Notes: generated by a model not told the origin, from the sequence alone. Positions 22,076-34,383 are shown, numbered from the stretch's first letter. The stretch is DNA of 64,000 bases from an uncultured Bacteroidales bacterium (GCA_963732575.1 CAVTAA010000009.1:10619-74618), one strand, 5' to 3'. Made by a program: numbers and translations.

Positions 22076-22093
22076 TTCTGAGAATAGCACTGA

Positions 22094-24575
22094 ATGATTT
22101 ACCCCGACACCTACGAGACCAAAATAGGATTTGACCGCATCAGGGAGCATCTGACGGCATACTGTCTCAGTCCTGCCGGTGTGCGCAGGGTGGAGGCCAT
22201 GAAGGTCTCTTTTTCAGGGGAGGAAGTAAGACAGCGACTTGTTCTTACCGAGGAGTTTCAGCAGATACTCAATGGCAGCGAACAGTTCCCTTCAGAAAAC
22301 TACTACGATCCTCACACTGCGCTGGAGAAGCTTCGGATTGAAGGCTCCTTCCCTGAGATTGAGGAGGTGGTCGCCCTCAGAGCATCCCTTGACACAATCA
22401 GGCGCATCATCGGATTTTTTAAGAACAGGAGGGACGGCAAGTATCCGGGACTAGCGGCCATGGCAGGGGCGGTGGTTTACTATCCATTTGTTAATGAGGC
22501 TATTGACCGTATAATTGACAAAGAGGGTAAGATACGTGACAACGCTTCACCAGCACTGAAGGTCATTCGTGCCGACCTGTCAGCAAAGAGTATGTCAGCT
22601 GTGAGAAAGCTTCACAGCGTGCTCCGCCAGGCGCAGGCCGACGGCATAGTGGACCGTGATGCAACAGTGGCAGTGCGTAACGGTCGCGGGGTAATACCTG
22701 TCAGCGCCTCTGACAAGAGGGGAATAAAAGGCTTTGTGCATGACGAATCTGCCACAGGCAAGACTGTCTTTATTGAGCCGGCAGAGGTGGTAGAGCTTAA
22801 TAATGAGATCACTGAGCTGGAACACCAGGAGAAGAGAGAGATAGTCCGCATACTCACAGCCCTGGCAGATAATATAAGACCCTATATAGATGACCTCTCT
22901 GATAACTTCGCCTTCCTGGCCGGAATAGACTTCTTAAGAGCGAAGGCGCTCTTCGGGGTGAGGCTTCAATGCATCAGACCCCCGGTGGCCAATAACCCTC
23001 ACATACGCTGGATCAATGCACGGCACCCGCTGCTCACACTTTCCTTTGCACGCACCACGGGCAGGGAGGTGGTTCCACTGACAGTCAGGATAGACAGCAG
23101 GGACCGTATCCTTGTCATCTCGGGCCCGAATGCAGGCGGCAAGTCGGTTTGCCTTAAGACAGTGGCACTGGTCCAGTATATGCTGCAATGCGGTATGACA
23201 ATCCCTGTTGCTGAAGGCACTGAGACAGGCATCTTCGGCAAGTTCTTCATAGATATTGGCGACGAGCAGAGCATTGAGAACGACCTGAGCACATACAGCT
23301 CACACCTGATTAACATGAAGCAGATGCTGAGGCATGCCGATGACAGGTCACTGGTGATGATAGATGAGTTCGGCACCGGCACGGAGCCGGTCATCGGAGG
23401 AGCGATAGCAGAGGCTATTCTCGCTGAGCTGAATACCAGGAAGTCATACGGGGTGATTACGACACACTATACCAACCTCAAGCACTTTGCCACCTCGCAG
23501 GAGGGGATAAGCAACGGCGCAATGGCCTTCGATAACCAGCTCATGCAGCCCCTCTTCCGCCTCGATCAGGGCAAACCGGGCAGCTCGTTCGCTTTTGAGA
23601 TAGCAAAGAAGATTGGTCTGCCGCAGGAGATACTAAATGATGCCGCAGCCAGGGCAGGAGAGGGTAATGTCGATTTTGACCGTAACCTCAGGGAGATAGC
23701 ACGTGACAAACGATACTGGGAAAGAAAGCGCGAGACAGTACGTCAGCATGAGAAGAGGCTTGAAGAGCTGATCACCTCATATGAGGCGCAGCTGGGAAGC
23801 ATAAAAACACAACAGAAAGAGATAATAGGGCAGGCAAAGAACAAGGCTGAAGAGATGCTGCGTGACACTAACAAAATGATAGAGAACACTATCCGTACTA
23901 TCAGGGAGACACAGGCTGAGAAGGAAAAGACGAAGGAGGTACGTGAGGAGCTCGACAATTTCCGCGAACATCTGACGGCAGAGGAGAAACACCCCGAAGT
24001 ACCCTTGCCCGCTCCCCAGCCGCTTAAGAGCAGCACGGCAGGAATAGTGAAACGTATCAGTAAAAAGGCGGCACCTGAACCTGTCGTGAAAAAGAAATAC
24101 CGGAAAGCCGGCCCCGTGGGCGACTATGTCAGGCTCACCGGCACTGATACAATGGGTGAGGTGACGAAAGTAAAAGGCAAAAAACTGCTGATCATCTCCA
24201 ACAACCTGAAGATGACTGTTGATATCGACAAGACTGAGCCAGTAGATGCTGCCGCCTACCTGAAGGAGATGTCAAAGAACCGCCCGCAGCAGAAGATAGA
24301 CTGGTCACTGAACACGAGGAGGAACCAGTTCAATTCAGAGATCGATGTCAGGGGAATGCGAACGGAGGAGGCGTTGCAGAAGGTGCAGGAGTTCATTGAC
24401 ACGGCACTCATGATACAGTTCAGGCATCTGCGCATCCTGCACGGCAAGGGTAACGGCATCCTGAGGCACATGATACGACAGTACCTGGAATCTACCGGCG
24501 CCGTGAAGAGCGCCAGTAGACGAGCACGTAGAACGTGGCGGAGCAGGCATCACAATCATCGAACTGGATATTTAA
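22094..24575 (+). CDS. mutS2: Endonuclease MutS2 (MutS domain V plus Smr); frame break near 24505-24515 in the Smr tail
   Basis: Walker A GPNAGGKS, DEFGTGTEP, Smr LRILHGKGNGILR. The conserved tail DEHVERGGAGITIIELDI-stop is readable only in a shifted frame that ends at TAA 24573-24575. Confidence 0.9.
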
Positions 24576-24587
24576 TCATTCAGACAC

Positions 24588-25599
24588 ATGAAAAAATTAC
24601 TGCTACACTTTTTTGCGCTCATGATAACGGTCAACGTATCTGTGACCGCGCAGACAAACGATTTTTATGACGATGCTCCCACCACCTCCCTCAAGGGCAG
24701 CAAAAAGATACTTGTGACCGGTGAGGTGGCCAGGGAGATGACCATCGACCTGAACAAACTGCCGCTGCACAGCATAACGGTAAAAGAGACAGCACTTACA
24801 GACGGTGCTGTGAGTTTTGTCGGAGCATATCGCTATGACGGATACTCGCTTTACGATATCCTTGACAAAATTGTGCTGAAGAAAAAGAATGAGGCTGAAT
24901 TTCCTCCTATAATTGACCTTTATGTCGAGGTTGCCAATGAGGAAGGTGAGAGCGTTACCTTTTCCTGGGGCGAGATCTACTATCCCGTGAACCGGCACCG
25001 CATAATGATAGCTACGTCCGTTGCACGCATTGTGCCATCAAAGAGTAAGGATCTGTGGCCTTTGCCGCAGCAGACCAGGGTGATTGCCGGAAATGACCTT
25101 ATCACTGAAAGGAACATCAGTAATCCTGTCCGCATCACTGTCAGGTCGCTCGACAGCAGGTACGAGATAAATAAAAACATGAGTCCCATGTTCAGCGAGA
25201 CCATGAGAATATGTGTCAACGGCAAGCAAAGAAGTAATCTCAGCGGAGTTGCCGGAGACAGGCAGTGACATGAGATACCAGACGGTCTTCTACGGTCGCG
25301 GGATGGGCATACATGGCACCACGCCCTTTACCGGAAGAATGTTATCTGATATTATATCAGGATATTATACACTGTCACCTGAGGTACTGCAGAAGGGCAT
25401 TGCCGTTATAGCAGGTGTCGACGGCTACCGTGCCGCCTTCACTCTCAGCGAACTGGTTAACAGGAATGATCAGGAGGAGACGCTGGTGATCGACCGTGAA
25501 GATGAGGCCGGTTCAGGAAGATTTTCACTCTTTCCTGCGGGTGACTTTTTCTCTGACCGGGCTATCAAGTCGGTCATGGAGATCAATCTGTTGCTGCCT
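24588..25599 (+). CDS. Secreted protein with two tandem ~130-aa domains of unknown function (loosely reminiscent of molybdopterin-oxidoreductase-type substrate domains). One frame break near 25213-25268. Continues in frame into the next feature
   Basis: Signal peptide MKKLLLHFFALMITVNVSVTAQ. The internal repeat is visible by eye (YDGYSLYDIL...VEVANEEGESVTFSWGEI...VRITVRSL versus FTGRMLSDII...AVIAGVDGYRAAFTLSEL...VMEINLL). Confidence 0.4.
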
Positions 25600-26525
25600 G
25601 TGGGCGGATCGAAGTGGGCTATCGTCGTACACGGCGGCGCCGGTGTCATTACCCGCGACCGCATGACACCTGAGACAGAGGCAGAATACCGTGACATGTT
25701 AAAGGCAGTGACTGACACCGGCGCCGCTATCCTCGCCCGCGGGGGCACGGCCCTCGATGCTGTTGAACGCACCATACAGGCTTATGGAAGACTCACCTCT
25801 GTTCAATGCCGGCAAGGGTGCGGTGTTCACTCATGAAGGCATTAATGAGCTCGATGCGGCGATAATGGACGGCAGCGACCTCTCAGCAGGAGCTGTTGCG
25901 GGAGTGACAGACATACGAAATCCCTATCTCCGCTGCAAGGAAAGTCATGGATGCCTCTCCTCATGTGATGCTCTCCGGCAAGGGAGCATCGGAATTTGCT
26001 GCCGGACAGGGACTGGAGATAGTCGACCCGTCATACTTCTACACAGAGAGACGGTATCAGGACCTGCAGAGGGCCCTGGAGAAGGAAAAGCACGGAACAG
26101 TAGGTTGCGTTGCACTGGATATGAACGGTGACCTTGCTGCCGGCACCTCGACAGGAGGGATGACAAACAAACGCTACAACCGGATAGGAGATACCCCTGT
26201 GACAGGCGCAGGGAACTATGCCAACAATGCAACCTGTGCAGTATCGGCAACGGGCACGGCGAGTTTTTTATCCGTTTTACAGTCGGCCATGATATCTCAG
26301 CGCTTATGGAATACAAAGGACTGACAGTTGACTCGGCATGCGAGGCTGGTGGTAAAGGAGAAGCTGGTCAGGGCAGGAGGCACCGGCGGTGTGATCGCTC
26401 TTGACCGGACCGGCAATATCTCGATGCCTTTTAATACTGAAGGCATGTACCGCGGGTACCGCACCTCGGATGGATGCACGGGGGTATATATATTTGCGGA
26501 TGAACCGGACAAATTAATCAGGTAA
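25600..26525 (+). CDS. Isoaspartyl peptidase / L-asparaginase (Ntn-hydrolase, asparaginase_2 family); at least 4 frame breaks
   Basis: [25 protein letters not shown], autoprocessing site [32 protein letters not shown] possible own GTG start is at 25600, but there is no upstream in-frame stop. Confidence 0.8.
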
Positions 26526-26546
26526 AATGCTTATAAACAGGTCGTA

Positions 26547-26610
26547 GAGACAGGTCTGAGACCTGTCTCATAAATAAAAAAAAACAGCGCCTCAAAAAGG
26601 CGCCGTTTTT
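26547..26610. terminator. Two hairpins between convergent genes; the second is a bidirectional rho-independent terminator
   Basis: Hairpin 1 is GAGACAGGTCtgaGACCTGTCTC (perfect 10-bp stem, 26547-26569). Hairpin 2 is a9-caGCGCCtcaaaaaGGCGCcgttttt (26585-26610), with an A-run before it and a T-run after it. Confidence 0.65.
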
Positions 26611-26631
26611 GAAATGTATAACCCAAATCGT

Positions 26632-27716
26632 TTAAAAAAGCCGTACCGATCCGTACGAAGCACCAATTGTCACCTCTGCGGTGGGACTGCTGCATTTGCC
26701 TACTTTACCCTCAAGCTCAGTGGAGGTGTTGCCAACGATGCGCCTGTCAGGTGAGAAATTTGCATCATCAACTTTTACGCTTCCGTAAGAGCTGTTTGCT
26801 TTGAGTTTATAGCAGGCCGCCGGATCAATGCCAAGCTTCACGGAGCAGTAACCGGCCTTGACATCTACGCTGCTAAATCCGGCCGGGATCCTTTCCACCG
26901 AGAGATTACCGTATTTTGTTTCAACCTCAAGCTTCTTGTTCACCCTTCCAATACTGATATCCGTATACCCGGCCATTATAATTACATTGTTTGATGCTGT
27001 GACTTTATAACCGTCATACTTGGCATCAGCCACCAGTGAGCTTACCTCACCTATTGAAATCTTTGAGTACCTGCTGTCAACGAGCAGGGCAGTGGCTCTT
27101 TCAATACTGAACTGTCCGCAGTAGCGTGCATTGATCTCAGCCCATCCGAGCTCATCAACGGTATGCTTTGCCATAGGCTACAACCAGTCTGTTCAGTGGC
27201 TTGACATTGCCTCTGGTCAGCTTATGAACGGTCAGATCACCGTACTTGACTGTCAGGTTTGTCAGTCCTGATACCTCATCAATTGACCGTGTTGCCATAC
27301 TTGTTGGTGACGTCAAGGTTGATATCTGCAGGCATTTTTATGTTATAGTTGATGCTGAAGGTATTGGTACCGCCTTTCCAGTTGATGGAGGAGAAGTCGT
27401 CATTGAACACTGTTTCAGCCGTCAGGTTGCCGCCTGTCTCGGTGAATTTTACAGTAATCATATCAAGGAGCTTATTAGCTCTTTCGGCTGACGAGTGTTC
27501 AACCTTGACGGTTACATCAATGACGATGTTTTTCTGGTCCCATGTCTCGGTGACCACCGATCCGAACTTATTGATTACAGTAAGTGTGGTATTGCTCGAA
27601 GGTACCATCTCCCTGTGAAATTCTTTCTTTACCTCTGCTGCCGAGGCTGACAGGGTCGCCGCGCAGAGTAATACTGCGAAGGTGACTGCCCTCTGGTTAA
27701 ATTGTAACTTTTTCAT
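26632..27716 (-). CDS. DUF4097-like beta-strand repeat (putative adhesin) protein; frame breaks between 27174 and 27290
   Basis: Signal peptide plus repeated KYG(N/D)L(T/S)V... units (VTNKYGNTV, ETKYGNLSVE, SSYGSVKV, ASYGSVRL). Downstream of the sigma/anti-sigma pair. Confidence 0.6.
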
Positions 27717-28261
27717 GGCTGCTTGGATTTTCGGTTTCTGCTTTTATCTGTCTGAGCTGTTCAAGTAAATAGCTCATCACTTCAATTTTCTGCTGGTAAT
27801 GTTTGATCATTGCATCGACGATGCGCTGATCGCTCGGGTTTGCCTTCAGTTCTTTCTGGAGCTCGACATAGACTGAATCCATGCTTGCGAGCTCCTGCAT
27901 CATGATCTCTTTCTGATCGGGGTTGCTCAGATCGATGGTTGTGAATTCATTCTGCATGAATTTAACCTGGCTGACGTAATAATTCTCAACCTCGCGATAT
28001 TCGGGAGACACCTGGCTGAGGGTCATGGTTCTTTTCAGGTTCGGTTTGATAAAATGGTCAAATGACCACAGTGAAGAGAGGGTCACCAGAAGGGTCACCA
28101 CGGCGGCCTTGAGCAGGTACGGAAGGATGCTCCGTTTGGCATTTCCTGTATGCAACCGTGTTGCCAGCTTGAAGCTGAACCTCTCGAAATGACCATCTGA
28201 CGGCTCCCTGTCGTCAAACTCACCTCTTCTTTTTCTTGAATATCTCTTCCAGTGTATTCAT
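27697..28261 (-). CDS. Putative anti-sigma factor (single-pass membrane protein); frame break in the T5/A5 run near 28230
   Basis: The ATG at 28261 overlaps the sigma stop (ATGA). Reads MNTLEEIFKKK / RRGEFDDREPSDGHFERF, then TM segment ILPYLLKAAVVTLLVTLSSLW. The assignment rests on gene context only. Confidence 0.5.
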
Positions 28262-28834
28262 GATACGTAATTATTTTTGTTTTTTAATTCACTCACCAGC
28301 TTCTGCTTTGCCCTCGAGAGTTGTGATCTTGAGGTGCTGCTTGAGATGTTGAGCATCTCTGCTATCTCATCGTGGTCATAGCCTTCGATGAGGTAGAGAG
28401 AGAGTATCACCCGGTATCCTTCGGGCAGCCGTTCTATTGCTGCCTTCACTTCTTCAACCTTGGCTTCCACGTCCTCATTATAGGCGGCATCTGTCATTGC
28501 TGTCGTCGCGGAGACCGGTGTGACTTTCAATGTCTTCAAAGATCGCTTTTCTTTTCCCCAGGACGTCGAGTGATCTGTTTACCACTATTTTCTTCAGCCA
28601 TGCGCCGAAGCTGACGGTGCCCGAGTAGGTATTTATCTTTTCGAATGCTGAGAGGAATGCTTCCTGCATCACATCTTCAGCTTCCATGTTGTCGTTCACA
28701 ATACGCAGGCTCGTGTTATACATAGCCTTGTAGTACAACTTGTAAACCTGGAACTGAGCCTTCTGGTCTCCGTCACGACAACCGTCGATCAGGTCCTGGT
28801 GTATGTTCCTGAATGCTGCTTCAACATTTTCCAT
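28258..28834 (-). CDS. ECF (sigma-70 family, group 4) RNA polymerase sigma factor; one frame break near 28478-28539
   Basis: Region 2 EDVMQEAFLSAFEKI...FGAWLKKIVVNRSLD. Region 4 LPEGYRVILSLYLIEGYDHDEIAEMLNISSSTSRSQLSRAKQKL. Confidence 0.85.
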
Positions 28835-28969
28835 CTTTCTTAAAAGATCTGATTTGTCTATGTTAGTCGCTGCACCCACGTACTTGAACTATTCATAACA
28901 ATGACGAATGTAATGCGTGAATGCTGCATCCAAGGTAAAAAAAAGCTGTCAGAGGATAAAAAAAAGTTT

Positions 28970-29778
28970 TCAGCCCTGTGTCACCGTTCCTGTTGCGTAG
29001 TCAAGCTCCGAGCCAAAGAGGCTGTGAGGAATGGAATAAACAAGAAGGAGAAGGATGGCTGCGGCAATTGTATAAGCCGGACGATTACGTTTTCGGTTCA
29101 TAACAACAGCCATAATCCAGGCAAACACTGCAATAAGTGTCTTATTGTCAGTAAGATCCCATCCGAAAGGAATTCCTGTCCAAAGGTCGCCGAAGGCATA
29201 CTTCTGAACCACCGGCCCGAGGATCATCCCGCCGGCGAGCAGCAGCCACAGCGCCCATCTGCCGTATTTCTTCTGCTCAGGCCTGCCAAAGGCTGCCGTG
29301 AGGCCTGCCAGGTTAGACATGAGCATGGCAAAAAACATGATGAGAATATGTGGTATCATCACTACTGCCGGTACATTGCCCTTGAACCGTATCACGACCG
29401 GCTCTTCCTTGCTGATGGTGATTTCACCGCCTGAGGGTGGCTGGAGAATGATATAGTACTCAAGCTTTCCGGCAGCAGGCTGGGAGGGGAGCTCGCCGGC
29501 AAGACGGACTCCCGTCATGTTTCATATCAGCCGAAACCCACTCTTCATCCGTCCTGAATTTCCTGTAGAATATCTTTCCGGAAATGTTATCCGGGGTCTC
29601 AATACCAATGGTGCACGGGTGCGTGTTGGTCTGGCTCCTCTTCAGGCTTATTTCATATTCTGAGCCTTCAATTGTGACCGGCACTTCCTGTAGGATATGT
29701 CGGGCCCGTCATTCTCTGGTACATTGCTGCTGCAACCGTTATCAAAACTGCTATTACCCAGAAGAGGATTTTTTTCAT
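28970..29778 (-). CDS. Integral membrane protein of unknown function; 2 frame breaks (near 29460-29518 and 29684-29700)
   Basis: MKKILFWVIAVLITVAAAMYQRMTGPTYP, then a soluble segment and 4-5 hydrophobic helices. The pieces abut on the same strand. Confidence 0.4.
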
Positions 29779-29800
29779 GTCAGGTGAAAAGTATGTGGTT

Positions 29801-31588
29801 CTACAATTGAATAATCAGAAGCTCGCGTTTACCGTCGCGCATCACTTCAACAGTGACCATCTGTCCCGGCTTGAGCTGGCTTAGTCTGAACATATAGTCT
29901 TCGATATTGTTCACAGGTTTGTTTTCAATAGCCACGATGACATCTCCCTTGATCATTCCACCGAGTGCGGCGGGCTTGCCTGGGGTGACAAAGTCAGCCC
30001 TGAGTTCGTTTTTTACGTTTCCTGCAAAGTCGGGCATAATCCCAAGGGTCACTCCCCTTCGTCTTCCCATACCCTGAGCTGGCGCCATCGGTCCTGCCTC
30101 GCGGAAAGCCAGTCTTGCAGGCTCATTGGCTGCAGTGGTCACAATACCGTACAAGAGATCGCCTATTCTTACCATACCGGCATAGTTCAGTTTGTCATAA
30201 GTGTCAAAAGGGGTGTGGTAGTCGAGATGTGGACCGGTTGTGATGAAAAGAACAGGTATATTCTTTCCGTAGAATGAAGAATGATCTGACGGACCGTATC
30301 CCTCATCAGTAAAGCTGAGGCTGAGCATGGTTGAGTCGTTGAATGAAAGCACTGTGTCACGCAATCCTTCGGCAGTGCCTACGCCGCCCACCTGGACTCC
30401 GTTCCCCTCTTTCATCCTCCCAACCATATCAAGGTTCACCATCAGGTTGACAGTTGTCGGGCTGATGCCCATTTGTTCAACAAAGTATTTTGATCCGAGT
30501 AATCCCATCTCCTCGCCGGTAAAAGCGACAAACAATATGCTTCGGGCATGTTTCTGTCTGTCTGATGCAAGTTTCTCGGCCAGCTCTATCATCAGGGCCA
30601 CGCCTGAGGCATTGTCATCAGCACCGGAATGTATCGCCACAGTATCCTGTATCCTGCTTGATGAACCCGGGCCACCCATGCCAAGGTGATCAAAATGAGC
30701 GCCGACAATTACATATTCATCTTTCATTGCAGCGCCTTCAATGAACATCACCACATTGGCAGTACCGGCATCCTTAATCACTATCTCAGCCTCCCCGTCT
30801 GCCGTTGAAGAAGTTAAAAAACTTTGAGGCCGGAGATCCCTGATTGCGTTCTTTTCAAGCTCTTTCAGGGTTTTGCCGGAAGACTTGAGTATGTTATCGG
30901 CAACGTCTCTTTTGATCTGCAACACAGGAATTCCGGCACTGCTCTCGCTCCGTGACGGCGTCTCAAGGTAATCGGCCGCATCCCATTCCTCCCCGGAAAC
31001 AAGGAGCACACCGGCGGCGCCGTTTTCCCTGGCTGACATGACTTTCATCCGGTCAGATGAGAGGGTGCTGTAAGAGGCAGCTGCGGTATTTGATTCAGGG
31101 TACCCACGCATCAGCAGTACCCATTTGTCTTTAAGATCAATACCTTGAAAATCATTCCATTGCATTGAATCATTATCTGCCATGAAGCCGTAACCACAGA
31201 AGGCTACGCCTGCACTCAGAGAGCTGTTTGCAGTCAGGGTAAGCGGAACGAAGTCGGTGCCGGGAACCTGTTCAGTACCGTTTATCACAAGTCTGTTTGC
31301 ATCACCTCTTACAGCTGATACATTGACCTTGAACCTTTGTAACCCGTCACTGATAAAAGGTTCCAGTTTTGCTTTGCTCAATTCCCTCCTTATATAAGCG
31401 GCAGCCAGCGTATCGTTTCCGGTACCGGTTCCTCTTCCCGCAAAATCGTCATCTGTCAGGCGGGAGGTAATTTCCAGCAGCTCATCATGAGTGATATTTG
31501 AATTACGGTTTATGCCTGCACATGAGTTGAGCAGAAGTGCAATTGCTGCACATGCAATAAGACAGTACCTCATATTGGTTTTATTCAA
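29801..31588 (-). CDS. M28-family peptidase with PA domain and C-terminal PDZ domain, lipoprotein
   Basis: 595 aa, intact. Lipobox [17 protein letters not shown]...[20 protein letters not shown]-terminal PDZ-like [17 protein letters not shown]. Confidence 0.8.
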   Translation of the reverse strand: MNKTNMRYCLIACAAIALLLNSCAGINRNSNITHDELLEITSRLTDDDFAGRGTGTGNDTLAAAYIRRELSKAKLEPFISDGLQRFKVNVSAVRGDANRLVINGTEQVPGTDFVPLTLTANSSLSAGVAFCGYGFMADNDSMQWNDFQGIDLKDKWVLLMRGYPESNTAAASYSTLSSDRMKVMSARENGAAGVLLVSGEEWDAADYLETPSRSESSAGIPVLQIKRDVADNILKSSGKTLKELEKNAIRDLRPQSFLTSSTADGEAEIVIKDAGTANVVMFIEGAAMKDEYVIVGAHFDHLGMGGPGSSSRIQDTVAIHSGADDNASGVALMIELAEKLASDRQKHARSILFVAFTGEEMGLLGSKYFVEQMGISPTTVNLMVNLDMVGRMKEGNGVQVGGVGTAEGLRDTVLSFNDSTMLSLSFTDEGYGPSDHSSFYGKNIPVLFITTGPHLDYHTPFDTYDKLNYAGMVRIGDLLYGIVTTAANEPARLAFREAGPMAPAQGMGRRRGVTLGIMPDFAGNVKNELRADFVTPGKPAALGGMIKGDVIVAIENKPVNNIEDYMFRLSQLKPGQMVTVEVMRDGKRELLIIQL

Positions 31589-32798
31589 ACTGTTGAATTG
31601 CTTTTTTAATAAGTGAGATGGCGTCGCGAAGCTGGTCCTCTGTGATGACCAGGGGAGGTGCGAACCTTATTATATGACCGTGGGTTGGTTTGGCCAGCAC
31701 ACCAAGCTCCTTCATGGCAAGGCATACATCCCAGGCTTCCTTTCCGTTCCTTGGTTTTATGACGATGGCATTGAGGAGGCCTTTACCCCTGACAAGCTCG
31801 ATCATGTCTGATTTGAAAGCCTTCATCTCGTCACGGAATATTTTTCCGAGGTACTCAGCTTTCTCCGCGAGTTTTTCTTCCCTGACCACCTCGAGGGCTG
31901 CTATCGCCACTTTGCCTGCCAGCAGATTGCCTCCGAAGGTTGATCCGTGTTCGCCGGGTTTGATTGTAAGCATGATACTGTCATCAGCAAGCACTGCCGA
32001 GACAGGCATGGTGCCTCCTGAGAGGGCTTTGCCCAGGATGAGGATATCAGGTCTCACTCCTTCGTGATCGCAGGCCAGCAGCTTGCCCGTCCGGGCAATG
32101 CCTGTCTGCACCTCATCGGCAATGAAGAGAACATTTTTCTTCCTGCACAGGTCGTACGCCTTCCTGAGGTACCCCTCGTCAGGAACAAATACACCAGCTT
32201 CGCCCTGGATGGGCTCAACGAGAAATCCTGCCACATCCGGATCACTCAGGGCATTCTCCAGAGCGGGAATGTCATTGTAAGGAATTGTGATAAAGCCAGG
32301 TGTGAATGGCCCATAATCCTTCCGGGCGTCCGGGTCAGTAGACATTGAGACAATGGTGATGGTGCGTCCGTGAAAGTTGCCTTCACAGACAATGATCTTC
32401 GCCTGGTTCTCCCTGACGCCTTTTACAAGGTAAGCCCATTTGCGGCACAGCTTCAGTGCAGTCTCATCAGCCTCTGCACCGGTGTTCATTGGCAGTACCT
32501 TGTCATAACCGAAGTAACCGGTGATGTATTCTTCAAACTCGCCAAGGACTGAATTGAAAAATGCCCTTGAGGTGAGAGTGAGTTTCTGAGCCTGTTCAAT
32601 GAGTGCGGCGGTTATTTTTGGGTGACAATGACCCTGGTTCACTGCAGAATAGGCAGAAAGAAAATCATAATAACGTTTTCCCTCGACGTCCCATACAAAC
32701 GGACCCTGACCTCTTTCAAGAACGACCGGCAGCGGATGATAATTATGTGCCCCGAATTTCTCTTCTCTCTCGATATATTCATGAGGTTTCATACACAA
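31581..32798 (-). CDS. rocD: Ornithine aminotransferase (ornithine--oxo-acid transaminase)
   Basis: [45 protein letters not shown]-Lys in ILGKALSGG. The start is either 32798 or 32792. Confidence 0.85.
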   Translation of the reverse strand: MCMKPHEYIEREEKFGAHNYHPLPVVLERGQGPFVWDVEGKRYYDFLSAYSAVNQGHCHPKITAALIEQAQKLTLTSRAFFNSVLGEFEEYITGYFGYDKVLPMNTGAEADETALKLCRKWAYLVKGVRENQAKIIVCEGNFHGRTITIVSMSTDPDARKDYGPFTPGFITIPYNDIPALENALSDPDVAGFLVEPIQGEAGVFVPDEGYLRKAYDLCRKKNVLFIADEVQTGIARTGKLLACDHEGVRPDILILGKALSGGTMPVSAVLADDSIMLTIKPGEHGSTFGGNLLAGKVAIAALEVVREEKLAEKAEYLGKIFRDEMKAFKSDMIELVRGKGLLNAIVIKPRNGKEAWDVCLAMKELGVLAKPTHGHIIRFAPPLVITEDQLRDAISLIKKAIQQFE

Positions 32799-32862
32799 TA
32801 GTTTTATGTTTTTAAATGGCAGGCAATTTTACGAACCTTTTTCGACATAAAAAAAGAAAGAA

Positions 32863-33546
32863 TCATGATTCTCCCTTAAGGAGGTCAGGTCTCTTCTGTT
32901 CCGTGCTGCGGAGCGACTGTTCGAAACGCCATTTTTCTATTTCAGGTGTATTCCCGCCCGTCAGTATTTCAGGCACCTTCCATCCCATGAACTCAGCCGG
33001 TCTGGTGTAGACCGGTGGGGCTATTAGATTATCCTGGAATGAGTCTGACAAGGCAGACTCAAAATCTGATATGGCCCCTGGAAGAAGTCGGACAATAGCA
33101 TCAGTGATCACTGCCGCAGGCAGCTCGCCACCTGAAAGGACATAATCACCGATGGATATTTCCATGGTGACAAGATGATCCCTTATACGCTGATCGACAC
33201 CCTTGTAATGACCCGCAAGAATGATGATGTTTTTTTTCATCGACAGCTCATTTGCAATGCGCTGGCTGAAGGGGGTGCCGTCGGGTGATGTATAGATAAC
33301 TTCATCATATTTACGCTGAGCTGAAAGCTGAGTGATGCAGTTGTATACCGGCTCGATCATCATCACCATTCCTGCGCCACCGCCGAAAGGGTAGTCATCA
33401 ACACTCCTGTGCCTGTCAGTCGAGAAATCACGCAGGTTGATTATGTTGATCTCGATCACACCTTTTGCTCTTGCTCTCTTGATTATTGATTCTTCAAGCG
33501 GGCTTCTCAGCAACTCGGGCAATACTGTAATTATGTCTATCCGCAT
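32863..33546 (-). CDS. trmD: tRNA (guanine37-N1)-methyltransferase
   Basis: [13 protein letters not shown] start, [22 protein letters not shown]. The ORF track extends upstream, but the conserved start is the ATG at 33546. Confidence 0.9.
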   Translation of the reverse strand: MRIDIITVLPELLRSPLEESIIKRARAKGVIEINIINLRDFSTDRHRSVDDYPFGGGAGMVMMIEPVYNCITQLSAQRKYDEVIYTSPDGTPFSQRIANELSMKKNIIILAGHYKGVDQRIRDHLVTMEISIGDYVLSGGELPAAVITDAIVRLLPGAISDFESALSDSFQDNLIAPPVYTRPAEFMGWKVPEILTGGNTPEIEKWRFEQSLRSTEQKRPDLLKGES

Positions 33547-33584
33547 ATAAATCTCAGTTGGTAAATCTAATAAAGTTTTTTTTG

Positions 33585-33592
33585 TATTTTTG
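33585..33592 (+). promoter_or_regulatory. -7 promoter box (TAnnTTTG)
   Basis: tatttttg, 43 nt upstream of the ATG at 33635. Confidence 0.4.
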
Positions 33593-33634
33593 AGAGTATT
33601 AAGTTCAATTAACCTTTCATTAAAATTAGAAAAC

Positions 33635-33967
33635 ATGGGAAAATTTGTGATCTCGAAGAGAAAGAATGGTGAATTCCAGTTCAACCTGGTTGCAGGCAAT
33701 GGTGAAGTAATCCTTACCAGTGAAGGTTATGCATCAAAGCCATCTTGTGTAAACGGTGTCAAGTCAGTAATGAAAAATGCAGCTGAAGTCAAAAGGTTTG
33801 AATCGAAGGTAGCAAAGAACGGAAAATTTCATTTTAACCTCAAAGCTTCAAACGGACAGGTAATTGGTTCAAGTGAAATGTACGATTCACAGAGTACCTG
33901 CGAAAACGGTATCGTTTCGGTTAAGAAAAATGCTGTTAGCGCAAAAATCGAGGATCAGACCAAGTAG
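33635..33967 (+). CDS. YegP-family (DUF1508) tandem-repeat protein
   Basis: Two copies of the G.F.F.L.A.NG.VI..SE.Y.S...C.NGI.SV motif. Confidence 0.8.
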   Translation: MGKFVISKRKNGEFQFNLVAGNGEVILTSEGYASKPSCVNGVKSVMKNAAEVKRFESKVAKNGKFHFNLKASNGQVIGSSEMYDSQSTCENGIVSVKKNAVSAKIEDQTK

Positions 33968-34033
33968 AAGTTTTCTCCTATATAATTACCCTGACTCTTT
34001 ACATGCAGGGTTTAATAAGCCCGGTTGACAGCA

Positions 34034-34273
34034 ATGGATTGCAGACCCAGTTGCGGAGCGTGTTGTATTGCTCCCTCAATATCATCGCCTATCCCGGGTA
34101 TGCCAGAGGGTAAACCTGCAGGGGTGAGATGCTTGCATCTCACCCCTGATTACAGGTGTGCTTTATGGGGAAAGCCTGAAAGACCCGAGGTCTGCTCTGC
34201 TTTCAGGGCTGAACCGGATTTCTGTGGCAGCAACAGGAATGAAGCTTTGTCCATTCTGACCTCCCTGCTCTGA
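34034..34273 (+). CDS. YkgJ-family cysteine-cluster (Zn/Fe-binding) protein
   Basis: CRPSCGACC ... C.HL..D.RC.LWG.PERP.VC pattern. Confidence 0.7.
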   Translation: MDCRPSCGACCIAPSISSPIPGMPEGKPAGVRCLHLTPDYRCALWGKPERPEVCSAFRAEPDFCGSNRNEALSILTSLL

Positions 34274-34383
34274 CCCGGTTTTTAAATACTGATAAATTTT
34301 CCGGCTATTAATATTAAATGATAAAATTGACCTTACTTTGGTTCCCTGTAAACCTGTGAAAACTGACTCCAATAACTGAAACC

